From an uncultured Candidatus Actinomarina sp. (GTDB taxonomy: Bacteria > Actinomycetota > Acidimicrobiia > Actinomarinales > Actinomarinaceae), in contig CACOBL010000002.1 of the NCBI GenBank assembly GCA_902625455.1, positions 561 to 64,560 of the forward strand: a stretch of DNA of 64,000 bases. Direction: 5' to 3'. Below the pieces are notes generated by a model. The model was not told the origin of the DNA and ran no database searches. It saw only the letters and a list, made by a program, of their open reading frames with translations. Within the stretch, counting starts at the first letter, position 1, and every line of letters begins with the position of its first letter. Shown piece by piece: positions 18,743 through 27,839 of the stretch. Position numbers and translations under genes: made by a program.

Positions 18743-19115
18743 TGATTTAGCTGATTTAGCTAGAAATATTGCAGAAAAAGCATATGCACCTTATTCTAAT
18801 TTTAGAGTCGGTGCAGCATTGATTACAGATTCGGGAAATGTATATACAGGTTGCAATATTGAAAATGCTTCATATCCTGCAACAGTTTGTGCTGAAGATG
18901 TAGCAGTTGTTAAAGCTATATCCGAAGGCGAAAAGAGTATTAAAACTATTGCAGTTGCATGTATTGATGCTGAATCAGACACTGCAATATTTCCATGTGG
19001 AATTTCCCGTCAAAGATTAGCCGAATTTGATACAAAGAATGTAATCGTTGTTGATAAGAATGGTTATAAAGAATATACATTTGAGGAGATACTTCCTTAC
19101 AATTTTAAATTTTAG
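18732..19115 (+). CDS. cdd: cytidine deaminase (PCGISRQ variant)
   Basis: AYAPYSNFRVGAA, GCNIENASY, CAE, PCG..RQ. Confidence 0.9.
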   Translation: MKNSDLADLARNIAEKAYAPYSNFRVGAALITDSGNVYTGCNIENASYPATVCAEDVAVVKAISEGEKSIKTIAVACIDAESDTAIFPCGISRQRLAEFDTKNVIVVDKNGYKEYTFEEILPYNFKF

Positions 19116-20029
19116 AGATTTTGATTTATTTTTGGAATAACATTTAAAGTATCACCAACAATACCCAAATCAGCTAATTGAAATATAGGAGCTTCTTCAT
19201 CTTTATTTATTGCAATTATATATTTTGAATCTTTCATGCCTACCTGGTGTTGAGTAGCTCCAGATATTCCACATGCAATATAAACATCTGGTTTAACTGT
19301 TTTACCCGTTTGTCCAACTTGTTGCGAATAAGGCATCCAACCTGCATCTACAATTGCTCTAGTTCCTCCAATAGCTGCGTTTAATTTTGCTGCTAATTCT
19401 TCAACAATTACTAAATTTTCTTTATCTACCATGCCTCTTCCAGCAGATATCACTACTTTAGAATCTTCCAATTGTGGCCCAGTTTTTTCTTCTTTATATA
19501 TATCAAAAATAGAAACATCAGAACTTTCCACTTCAATAGTTTCGAAATTATCGATTAATTCAACATCAGCGGGGTCAAAAGATTTTGGCCTTATTAACAA
19601 AAGAGCATGAGTAGATGCAATCTTTGATTTGTATAAACTTTCACCACCATTTATAGAATTTATTGTTGAAACTGTATCTCCACTAATTTCAAAATCTATA
19701 GCATTTGAAACTGGACTTGAATTCAAATCTACAGAAATAAAAGAAACCAAATCTCTACAAAGATATGTAGAAGATCCTAAAATCAAGTTAATACCTTCGT
19801 TATTGATAATATTTGTAATTAAATCTGTAATCTTACTAAATTGTAAAGAATCACTGCTTCTTTTGATATAAGTTTGTTTAAAAGATTCAGAACCAATTTT
19901 TGGCGCATCATCACTTCCGATTGTTAAAACTTGATAATCAAGATTTTCATCCTGTGCTTTTTTAATTATCTCTAATGTTCCACTGCTAAGTGTTTCATTT
20001 AAAATTTCACCTAATATTAATGTTTTCAT
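19112..20029 (-). CDS. etfA: electron transfer flavoprotein alpha subunit
   Basis: QVGQTGKTVKP, GISGATQH, AINKD..APIF. Confidence 0.93.
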   Translation of the reverse strand: MKTLILGEILNETLSSGTLEIIKKAQDENLDYQVLTIGSDDAPKIGSESFKQTYIKRSSDSLQFSKITDLITNIINNEGINLILGSSTYLCRDLVSFISVDLNSSPVSNAIDFEISGDTVSTINSINGGESLYKSKIASTHALLLIRPKSFDPADVELIDNFETIEVESSDVSIFDIYKEEKTGPQLEDSKVVISAGRGMVDKENLVIVEELAAKLNAAIGGTRAIVDAGWMPYSQQVGQTGKTVKPDVYIACGISGATQHQVGMKDSKYIIAINKDEEAPIFQLADLGIVGDTLNVIPKINQNL

Positions 20030-20775
20030 ATAACTTTAAGTTCCTTAAGTTTGTCAACTATAACTTGGAAGGCTTCACCTTCGTCAATAATTGTTTCACC
20101 ATTTTTTGAATTTTCTAGTGCTTCAATACTTATAAATTCCAAATTTTGTTCTGTTGTAATATTTAGTTTGTCTAGTTCGACTTTTTCTATTGGTTTAGAC
20201 TTTGCAGCCATAATATCTTTGAAATTCGGATATCTCGGCTCTACACCTCCAGCAGTGACTGATATTACACATTTAGGTGGCATTTTAACTTTTTCAGATC
20301 CTTCTGATGTTTGCCTAGTAAGTGAAACATCATCCCCAATTTCTAAAGCTTTAACATAAGATATACAATCTAATTTTAAAAATCTTGAAACTTGCTGTGG
20401 TACCGTTCCCGAATAACCATCTGTTGATTCAGTACCAAAAATAACAATATCTGCATTTGTTGTTTTTGCTAGTTCACTTAAAACATTTGCTGTCATTAAA
20501 GAATTAGCACCTTTCAGTGAGTCATCATCTACGTATATTGCTTTATCAGCCCCCATCTGTAATGCTTGTTGCAAGCCTTTCATTGTTCCAGCAGGACCCA
20601 TAGAAATAATCGTAACTTCAGCATCAAACTTTTCTTTTAACTGAAGTGCTACTTCAATTCCATATCTGTCAGTATCATCTAAAACTTGTTCTTCAGGCCT
20701 GACGATTATTCCGTTATCATATGATGTATCGTTAGCTGGGTCTGGAATTTGCTTTGCGCATACAGTGATATTCAT
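20026..20775 (-). CDS. etfB: electron transfer flavoprotein beta subunit
   Basis: CAKQIPD, ALQMGADKA, EPRYPNFKDIMAAKSK. Confidence 0.93.
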   Translation of the reverse strand: MNITVCAKQIPDPANDTSYDNGIIVRPEEQVLDDTDRYGIEVALQLKEKFDAEVTIISMGPAGTMKGLQQALQMGADKAIYVDDDSLKGANSLMTANVLSELAKTTNADIVIFGTESTDGYSGTVPQQVSRFLKLDCISYVKALEIGDDVSLTRQTSEGSEKVKMPPKCVISVTAGGVEPRYPNFKDIMAAKSKPIEKVELDKLNITTEQNLEFISIEALENSKNGETIIDEGEAFQVIVDKLKELKVI

Positions 20776-20795
20776 AAATTTTATATTAATTAGAA

Positions 20796-21623
20796 TTAAT
20801 TATTACCGATATTAATTTCAGACAAAAATTCTTTCATAAAGTTTTGAAGTTTTACTTTAGATTTTTCAGCAATTTCAATTACCTCATTATGATCAAGAGG
20901 ATTTTCACTTATTCCTGCTGCTAAATTTGTAACTAATGAAAAAGCTACTGTTTTTATACCAGCATGTTTAGCTACAATTGCTTCAGGCACAGTTGACATT
21001 CCAACTAAATCAGCTCCAATATTTTTAGCAAAATTTACTTCCGCAGGTGTTTCATAAGAAGGACCGGTGAACCAGGCATAAACACCAGTTTTAAACTCAA
21101 AATGATTTTCTGCTACTTTTTCTGCTAGCCTCAACAACTCAGAATTATACACGTTAGACATATCTGGAAATCTTGGGCCAAATTCTTCTATATTTTTACC
21201 AATTAGTGGGTTATCACCAGTTAAATTAATATGGTCAGTAATGGCAACAATATCACCTGGAGTATATTTTGAAGAAATCCCTCCAGCCGCATTTGTAAGT
21301 ACAAGAGTTTTCGCACCTAGCATTATAAATGTTCTGATTGGTATCACTAATTCTTGAATAGGGTAACCTTCATAAAAATGAGCACGGCCAGACAGAATTG
21401 CTGTTATTTTTCCCTCAATATCTACAATACTTAACTTCCCAGAATGACCCTCGATAGATGGTTGTAAAAAATTTGGTATTTCAGAATAATTTAATTGATA
21501 TAAAGGTTTGTAGTTTTCTTCAAAACCACTCATTCCGGATCCCAATACAATTACGGATTCTATAGTTTTCTCTTCAATGAATTCTGAGATAAAAACTTTA
21601 GACTCTGTTATTTTTTCAATCAT
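20796..21623 (-). CDS. punA: purine nucleoside phosphorylase (trimeric type)
   Basis: VLGSG, GRAHFYEG, TNAAGG, GPSYETPAE, VGMSTVPE. Confidence 0.92.
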   Translation of the reverse strand: MIEKITESKVFISEFIEEKTIESVIVLGSGMSGFEENYKPLYQLNYSEIPNFLQPSIEGHSGKLSIVDIEGKITAILSGRAHFYEGYPIQELVIPIRTFIMLGAKTLVLTNAAGGISSKYTPGDIVAITDHINLTGDNPLIGKNIEEFGPRFPDMSNVYNSELLRLAEKVAENHFEFKTGVYAWFTGPSYETPAEVNFAKNIGADLVGMSTVPEAIVAKHAGIKTVAFSLVTNLAAGISENPLDHNEVIEIAEKSKVKLQNFMKEFLSEINIGNN

Positions 21624-21642
21624 TTGATATTAGGTTAATAAG

Positions 21643-22794
21643 TTAAATTTGATTTAAAAAGCTTTTACCTGGAAATATATTATTTAATTCAAAAAAATCA
21701 CATATCGTTGAAGCAACATTATAGAAACCTTCCAGATCACCAATATATTCAGCTTTACCATTTTTTTTATAAGCAACCATTGGCACATATTCTCTTGAAT
21801 GGTCTGTTTTACCGTCTGTTGGATCTGTTCCATGATCACCTGTAAAAATTATTAGGTCGTTTTCGCTCATGACATCTAAAATTCCTTGAATTTGCTTATC
21901 AATAAGTTTTAATCCCTCATAATATCCATGAGGGTCTTCTCTATGACCGTACAGCATATCTAAATCAACTAAATTAACAAAAATAAAATCATGATTACCA
22001 CTTTTTACTTCATCATATAGGTATTCAAGTCCATTTGAGTCACCCACAGTATGAACAGCAGTTGTTAAAAACATTTCTCCAAATAAATCACTGATTTTAC
22101 CAATCCCATATGTAGATAGATTATTTTTAAATAAATAACTTAGAATTGTTTCACCTGGGGGATTCATACCAAAATCTTTTCTATCGTAAGTTCTAACAAA
22201 GTTGCCATATTCTCCAATAAATGGTCTTGCAATTACTCGCCCTATATTGTATTCATCACAATATTTTCTTGAAATCTCGCATATTTTGTAAAGTTTCTCA
22301 ATAGAACAAATATTTTCGTGGGCGGCAATTTGAAAAACTGAATCCCCAGAAGTATATAAAATTAATTTTCCTGATGATAGATGCTCTCTTCCCAGCTCAT
22401 TTAATATTTCAGTACCAGATGCATGTTTGTTGCCTATGAATTCAATATTTGCTTCTTTTTGAATTGAGAGAATTAAATCTTGAGGAAATCCGTCAGGATA
22501 AGTTGAGAAATCTTCTTCAGTTACTAAACCTGCAAGCTCCCAATGTCCAGTAGTAGAATCATTTCCAATTGACTCTTCAGATAATCTTCCTACAGTAGCA
22601 ATATGATTGGTATTCATATTTTTTACTTCAGTAATTTTTCCAAAACCTAACTTTTCCATAGTTGGTAAATTGACACCACCTACAGCATTTGCAACATTTG
22701 AAAGAGTATTTGTTCCTAAATCACCATATTTATCTGCATCAGGTGCTTCACCAACACCTAAAGAATCAATAACGACAAGAAAACATCTTTTCAT
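21643..22794 (-). CDS. deoB: phosphopentomutase
   Basis: DSLGVG, DSTTGHWE, SVFQIAAHE, RVIARPF, DHG.DP, DHSREYVP. Confidence 0.93.
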   Translation of the reverse strand: MKRCFLVVIDSLGVGEAPDADKYGDLGTNTLSNVANAVGGVNLPTMEKLGFGKITEVKNMNTNHIATVGRLSEESIGNDSTTGHWELAGLVTEEDFSTYPDGFPQDLILSIQKEANIEFIGNKHASGTEILNELGREHLSSGKLILYTSGDSVFQIAAHENICSIEKLYKICEISRKYCDEYNIGRVIARPFIGEYGNFVRTYDRKDFGMNPPGETILSYLFKNNLSTYGIGKISDLFGEMFLTTAVHTVGDSNGLEYLYDEVKSGNHDFIFVNLVDLDMLYGHREDPHGYYEGLKLIDKQIQGILDVMSENDLIIFTGDHGTDPTDGKTDHSREYVPMVAYKKNGKAEYIGDLEGFYNVASTICDFFELNNIFPGKSFLNQI

Positions 22795-23414
22795 TAAGTT
22801 GTACCAAAAAGCCTATCTCCCATATCTCCAAGGCCTGGAACTATATACCAACTTTCGTTCAGTTTTTCGTCTATATTACCTGTTATCAATGTGACATCTG
22901 AATGCTCTTTTTCTAAACGTTCAATACCCTCAGGAGCAGAAATAACAGTTAGAGCTATAATATCTTTTGGTTTTTGTTCCTTTACTTTATCGATAGCAAA
23001 AGACAGAGATCCTCCGGTGGCAAGCATTGGTTCTAATATGAAAACGTTTTTGTCATTTAAATCAGGTAAATTTTCATAATAATATTCAGGCTCTGCGGTT
23101 TCTTCATTTCTTTGAACACCAATATAACCAAAAGAAACATTTGGTAAAAGCTCTTTAACTCCATCAATTAAACCAAGTCCAGCTCTAAGTACTGAAATAG
23201 CAACACTGTCGTTTTCTACTTCATAACCCTTAGTATCTACTAATGGTGTAGTTATATTTTTTTCTTTCAATGAAATATTTTTAGTACCTTCAATAAAAAG
23301 TAAATATGAAAGCTTGGTTGCGTATGCTCTAAATTCTTCACTGTTTGTATTTTCATTTCTAAGTATTGTTAAGTAGTGACTTTTAAGCGGATGAGATAAT
23401 TCAATTACTTGCAT
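22794..23414 (-). CDS. upp: uracil phosphoribosyltransferase
   Basis: LRAGLG, RNEETA, PMLATGGS, YIVPGLGD.GDRLFGT. Confidence 0.95.
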   Translation of the reverse strand: MQVIELSHPLKSHYLTILRNENTNSEEFRAYATKLSYLLFIEGTKNISLKEKNITTPLVDTKGYEVENDSVAISVLRAGLGLIDGVKELLPNVSFGYIGVQRNEETAEPEYYYENLPDLNDKNVFILEPMLATGGSLSFAIDKVKEQKPKDIIALTVISAPEGIERLEKEHSDVTLITGNIDEKLNESWYIVPGLGDMGDRLFGTT

Positions 23415-23544
23415 TAAAAATTAGATTAGCAAAACATTAAATCTTTTCTAGTTATTTTTCTTAAGAAGTTAATCTAATAAAAGTACATTTTATGCTTTAG
23501 TTAATGTAATATAATGTATTGCTAATTAAAAAAAAAGGAAATTA

Positions 23545-23937
23545 ATGCCTGTAAAAATAAGACTTGCACAAAGAGGTAAGAAAAAGAGTAGAACTTACAG
23601 AGTAGTTGTTGCTGATTCTCGCTCACCAAGAGATGGAAAGTTTATTGAAGACTTGGGGTATTATGATCCACATCATAATCCTTCAAAAGTTGAAATTAAT
23701 GTTGATAAAGCTGTGTCATGGTTAGATAAGGGCGCTCAGCCATCAGAACGTGCACAAAAATTATTAGAGATTTCTGGGGCATGGGCTCAATGGAGATCTT
23801 CAAAGGGAGAGGTTGTTTCTATTCCTACACCTCCTGAAGAAAAAGTAAAGAGTAGCTCAAAAGCAAATAAAAAGAAGGAAGAAGCTACACAGGAAGAAAC
23901 TTCTGAAGAATCATCAGAAGAAACAGAAGAGGAATAA
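23545..23937 (+). CDS. rpsP: 30S ribosomal protein S16 (acidic C-terminal tail)
   Basis: VKIRL, YRVVVADSRSPRDG, GAQPSE. Confidence 0.95.
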   Translation: MPVKIRLAQRGKKKSRTYRVVVADSRSPRDGKFIEDLGYYDPHHNPSKVEINVDKAVSWLDKGAQPSERAQKLLEISGAWAQWRSSKGEVVSIPTPPEEKVKSSSKANKKKEEATQEETSEESSEETEEE

Positions 23938-23940
23938 TTT

Positions 23941-24192
23941 ATGGCCGCAGGTTCAATTGTAAAAAATGTAGTTGAATATATTGTTACGCAAATTGTGGAA
24001 GATACAAAGTCTGTAAAAGTCGACATAGCAGATTCAGATGATGAAAACGTAACAATTGAAGTCAGAACTTCTCCAGATGATATGGGAAGAGTTATTGGTA
24101 AAAGAGGAAGAGTTGCAAGAGCAATTCGCACAGTAGCTCAAGCAGCAGCAGATGAAGAAGGCCTACAATCTAGCGTAGAATTTATTGACTAA
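23941..24192 (+). CDS. khpA: KH-domain RNA-binding protein
   Basis: DMGRVIGKRGRVARAIRT; follows rpsP. Confidence 0.9.
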   Translation: MAAGSIVKNVVEYIVTQIVEDTKSVKVDIADSDDENVTIEVRTSPDDMGRVIGKRGRVARAIRTVAQAAADEEGLQSSVEFID

Positions 24193-24667
24193 TAATACTC
24201 TATATCAAGTTGCTAAATTAGGTAAACCCCACTCACTTAGGGGATTTCAATATATAAATATAGACATTTTTTTTAGAAGATTTGACTTAAGCAATATATC
24301 AATGCAAGTTGGTAATGAAGAATTAATAGTTGAAAATTTTAAAACTCACTTAAAAGATAGAAATCTAATTAAATTTAAAGATTTTGACACAATAGAATCA
24401 ATCGAGAGATTGAGGGACAATTTTGTATCTATTTCAGATAAATATAAAAATGATTTTCTAAATGACAATAAATTACCTTGGCCTGGTTTTTTCATAAATA
24501 AAAACTTAGGCAAATCAGATTTTGTTTTACTTGAGTTTAATTATTCTAAAAACTTTATTTTTTGCGAGGTTTCTAATTTAAATGATTTACCAATCCCTTA
24601 TAATGATAACTTTTTTTCATATCAGGATAATCAACTTGTTTTAATTAATGACGATCTAACTGTTTAA
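24185..24667 (+). CDS. rimM: ribosome maturation factor RimM, divergent
   Basis: N-terminal AKLGKPHSLRG and LIKF..IE..E.LR; position after rpsP-khpA; C-terminal half poorly conserved. Confidence 0.65.
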   Translation: MTNNTLYQVAKLGKPHSLRGFQYINIDIFFRRFDLSNISMQVGNEELIVENFKTHLKDRNLIKFKDFDTIESIERLRDNFVSISDKYKNDFLNDNKLPWPGFFINKNLGKSDFVLLEFNYSKNFIFCEVSNLNDLPIPYNDNFFSYQDNQLVLINDDLTV

Positions 24668-25360
24668 CCAGTCAAAAATTAAATTACTATATGTATCTTC
24701 TATCATATTTTCCGGATGCCATTGAATACCAATTGCATTCCATCCATTAGTAGTTTCTATTCCTTCAATCACACCATCATTTGATTTTGCAGTAATTTTT
24801 AAATCATCACCTAGTTCATCAATACCTTGATGATGAATAGAATTTACCATTATATTTTTTTCTTGAATTATTTCATATAGTTTTGAGTCTTCATAAACTT
24901 CAATATCATGAATGTGAGATCGAGCATCTTCAAAAGGTTTATCGTGTTCAATATCTTTAAAACCTGAATCATTTAGATCTTGATATAAAGTCCCATTTTT
25001 ATAAACATTTAATAATTGATGTCCTCTACATATTGCAAGAGTTTTAACATTGTTTTGTTCTGCAGATTTGAATAGATTTAATTCAGTAAAATCTCTATTG
25101 TCTGATATTCGAATTGTTTTAGAATCAATTTCTTGATTATATCTTTCTGGGTTTATATCTCCACCTCCAGAAATTATCAAAGCATCAAATTTTGAAGCAT
25201 TAATTTCAAGATTATTATTTTGTGGTCCAATAACTATTGCAGTATTCCCAAATTTGTTACATAAGTTTATAAAATCATTGTTTATTACAACACACGGAAT
25301 ATTTCCCGGCGCCATTTGAACATCTTTTACCCCAGTTGAAATTCCAATTAATTTACTCAT
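24656..25360 (-). CDS. gamma-glutamyl-gamma-aminobutyrate hydrolase family (peptidase C26, PuuD-like)
   Basis: SGGGDINP, AICRGHQLLNV, NSIHHQG, IQWHPE; start placed at ATG 25360 (MSKLIGIS). Confidence 0.88.
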   Translation of the reverse strand: MSKLIGISTGVKDVQMAPGNIPCVVINNDFINLCNKFGNTAIVIGPQNNNLEINASKFDALIISGGGDINPERYNQEIDSKTIRISDNRDFTELNLFKSAEQNNVKTLAICRGHQLLNVYKNGTLYQDLNDSGFKDIEHDKPFEDARSHIHDIEVYEDSKLYEIIQEKNIMVNSIHHQGIDELGDDLKITAKSNDGVIEGIETTNGWNAIGIQWHPENMIEDTYSNLIFDWLNS

Positions 25361-25769
25361 GAACAAAAATGCATTGAACTTCCACTGACACATTAAGCGG
25401 TAAGCTAGCAACTCCAACAGCAGATCTTGTTGATTTTTCATCAAAATACTCTGCGAGCTTATCCGTAAATCCATTTAATATTTTTGCGTGATCTTGAAAA
25501 TCATTATCAGCATTTACGAATCCTATTACATTTACAGGTTGTAGATTTTCAATTTCACCATTTGCTAAAAGTGTAGATATAGTCAATTCAGCACATAAGG
25601 ATGCAGCTTCATAACCATCTTCTATTGATACCTCGGAAGGTATTTTTCCTTGAAATTTTTTCTTTTCCGTAAATGGAACGTGACCGGAAGTATATATGTA
25701 ATCTCCAACTTTTTTATATGTTACGTAATTTCCAATAGCCTTTGGTGCATCTGGTAATTCTTTAGACAT
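25353..25769 (-). CDS. RidA/YjgF/YER057c family protein
   Basis: GNY, YTSGHVP, RSAVGVASLP..VEV. Confidence 0.85.
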   Translation of the reverse strand: MSKELPDAPKAIGNYVTYKKVGDYIYTSGHVPFTEKKKFQGKIPSEVSIEDGYEAASLCAELTISTLLANGEIENLQPVNVIGFVNADNDFQDHAKILNGFTDKLAEYFDEKSTRSAVGVASLPLNVSVEVQCIFVHE

Positions 25770-26766
25770 TTTTTAGTAAGTTTCCAATTAAATCTACAAC
25801 TCTATTTGAGTATCCCCACTCATTGTCGTACCAGCAAACTACTTTTACATGATTTCCTTCTAGTAGCTGGGTAGATGAAGCATCATATATGCTTGAGTGC
25901 GGATTGTTTAAAATATCTGTAGATACTAGAGGCACATCAGAATACTCTAATATTCCATTTAACTCATTATCAGCAGCATTCTTTACTGCTTTATTTATAT
26001 CATCTATAGAAACTTTTTTTTCAAGCTCAACTACAAGATCAACAACACTTCCGTCAGGAACAGGTACTCTCATTGCCATTCCGTCTAATTTTCCATTGAG
26101 CTCTGGAAGAACCATTCCAACGGCTTTTGCCGCTCCTGTTGATGTAGGAATTATATTTTGAGTTGCACTACGACCTCTTCTAAAGTCACTATGTGTCGTT
26201 TCGGCTAATGCCTGATCGTTAGTATACGCATGTACTGTAGTCATCAATCCAGAAATAATTCCAAAATTATCATCTAACACCTTTGCTATTGGTGCTAAAC
26301 AGTTTGTTGTACAAGATGCATTTGATACAATTTTATCTTCAGGTTTGAGATCATCATCATTAACTCCTAAGACAATTGTTGAATCTATCTCGTCTTTAGG
26401 AGGTACTGTCAGTAATACTTTTTTTGCACCAGCATCAAGATGTTTATTTAATGATATATTATCTCTAAAAATTCCAGTTGATTCAACAACAACGTCAACA
26501 TTCATATCTTTCCAAGGAAGTTCAGAGGGATCTTTAATTGAAGTTAATTGTATTACTCTTTCATCTACTAGTAATTTATCTCCATCAATCCTTACATTTG
26601 CATCTAGTATTCCCATTACAGAATCATGTTTAAGCAGGTAAGCAAGATTTTCATAGTTTCCCAAATCATTGATACCAACTACATTTATATCAGAGTTTTT
26701 TTCAACAATAATTCTCAGAATTGATCTTCCAATTCTTCCAAATCCATTTATCGCAATGTTGCCCAT
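25762..26766 (-). CDS. gap: glyceraldehyde-3-phosphate dehydrogenase (intact active site)
   Basis: INGFGRIGR, SNASCTTNCLAP, TTVHAY, PTSTGAA, MRVP, WYDNEWGY. Confidence 0.96.
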   Translation of the reverse strand: MGNIAINGFGRIGRSILRIIVEKNSDINVVGINDLGNYENLAYLLKHDSVMGILDANVRIDGDKLLVDERVIQLTSIKDPSELPWKDMNVDVVVESTGIFRDNISLNKHLDAGAKKVLLTVPPKDEIDSTIVLGVNDDDLKPEDKIVSNASCTTNCLAPIAKVLDDNFGIISGLMTTVHAYTNDQALAETTHSDFRRGRSATQNIIPTSTGAAKAVGMVLPELNGKLDGMAMRVPVPDGSVVDLVVELEKKVSIDDINKAVKNAADNELNGILEYSDVPLVSTDILNNPHSSIYDASSTQLLEGNHVKVVCWYDNEWGYSNRVVDLIGNLLKNV

Positions 26767-27771
26767 CTATAGTTCCTTACCAAGTCTTTTAATAGTATCA
26801 ACTATTCTTGCTGCGTAACCCCAACCATTATCAAACCAAATTATTAATTTAATTTTCTTATTATTGATACCCATAGTAGCGATACCGTCTACGAGGCCTG
26901 ATAAAGTACTTCCAACAACATCTGAGGAAACAATTGGATCATGCGTAATTCCAATAATATTTTTTAATTCATTTTCTGAAAAATTTTCTAGAATCTTATT
27001 TATTTTTTCTACGCTTGTTTCTTTTGTGATGTCTAAGGTTAGGTCAACTGTACTTCCATCAGGAATTGGTACTGTCATTGATGAAGATGCTATTTTGTCT
27101 TTTAAAAAAGGAAGTACATTAATAATAACTTCTGATGATTTTGTTATGCTTGGTATAATATTTTCTCCAGCAGCTCTGTTTAATCGAAAACCCTCTCCAG
27201 CTACATCAGCTAATCTATTTGAGTTTGAATAACCATGTACAGTAGTTAAAAAAGCTCTTTCAACACCTATCTCACTATTTAAAACTTTTAATATAGGTGC
27301 AACGGCATTTGCAGTATTTGATCCTAACGAGAATACATTTGATTTAAAATCAATATTTTCATCATTAGCACCTGGTACATAAATTTGGATATCTTTGAAA
27401 TTTTCTGGAGTAGATGCAATTATGACTTTTTTGCATCCTTTGGACAAATGTATGTCAACTTCTTCTTTTGTTTTTGGTTTACCGGTAGCAAGGATTACTA
27501 TATCAGTTTGAATTTTTTCCCAATCAGCTTCATTGCCATCTTTCCATGAATTAAAGATTATTTCTTTTCCATCAACAACAATACCTTTTTCAGTTTCTTC
27601 TATTTCTGCATTAAATTTTCCATATATTGAGTCATATTTAAGTAGGTATATCAAGTTAGCTTTGTCAGCAGTATCAGAAATTGAAATTATGTTGATATCG
27701 TTATCATTAAATGTCTGTCTTAATAGGTCTCTACCTATTCTTCCAAACCCAACTAATGATATATTTGTCAT
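26767..27771 (-). CDS. GAPDH paralogue lacking the catalytic cysteine (probable pseudoenzyme)
   Basis: GFGRIGR, LLKYDSIYG, TTVHGY and WFDNGWGY retained; SNASCTTNC replaced by SLGSNTANA. Confidence 0.85.
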   Translation of the reverse strand: MTNISLVGFGRIGRDLLRQTFNDNDINIISISDTADKANLIYLLKYDSIYGKFNAEIEETEKGIVVDGKEIIFNSWKDGNEADWEKIQTDIVILATGKPKTKEEVDIHLSKGCKKVIIASTPENFKDIQIYVPGANDENIDFKSNVFSLGSNTANAVAPILKVLNSEIGVERAFLTTVHGYSNSNRLADVAGEGFRLNRAAGENIIPSITKSSEVIINVLPFLKDKIASSSMTVPIPDGSTVDLTLDITKETSVEKINKILENFSENELKNIIGITHDPIVSSDVVGSTLSGLVDGIATMGINNKKIKLIIWFDNGWGYAARIVDTIKRLGKEL

Positions 27772-27839
27772 CAACCCTCAAAGATTATTGATTTATTCTT
27801 GTTACAATCAACTAATAATATACCTTAAAAATATAAACT

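Noticed and set aside
18744..18761. Tandem 9-mer GATTTAGCT x2 at the start of cdd
   Set aside because: Only two in-frame copies (DLADLA); not an array
23421..23477. Imperfect inverted repeat TTAGATTAGC...GTTAATCTAA in the upp/rpsP divergent spacer
   Set aside because: Short, AT-rich and widely spaced; one arm overlaps the likely upp -10 box; could be chance
25361..25474. Long N-terminal extension of the PuuD-like ORF
   Set aside because: It overlaps ridA in another frame; the family-like sequence begins at ATG 25360
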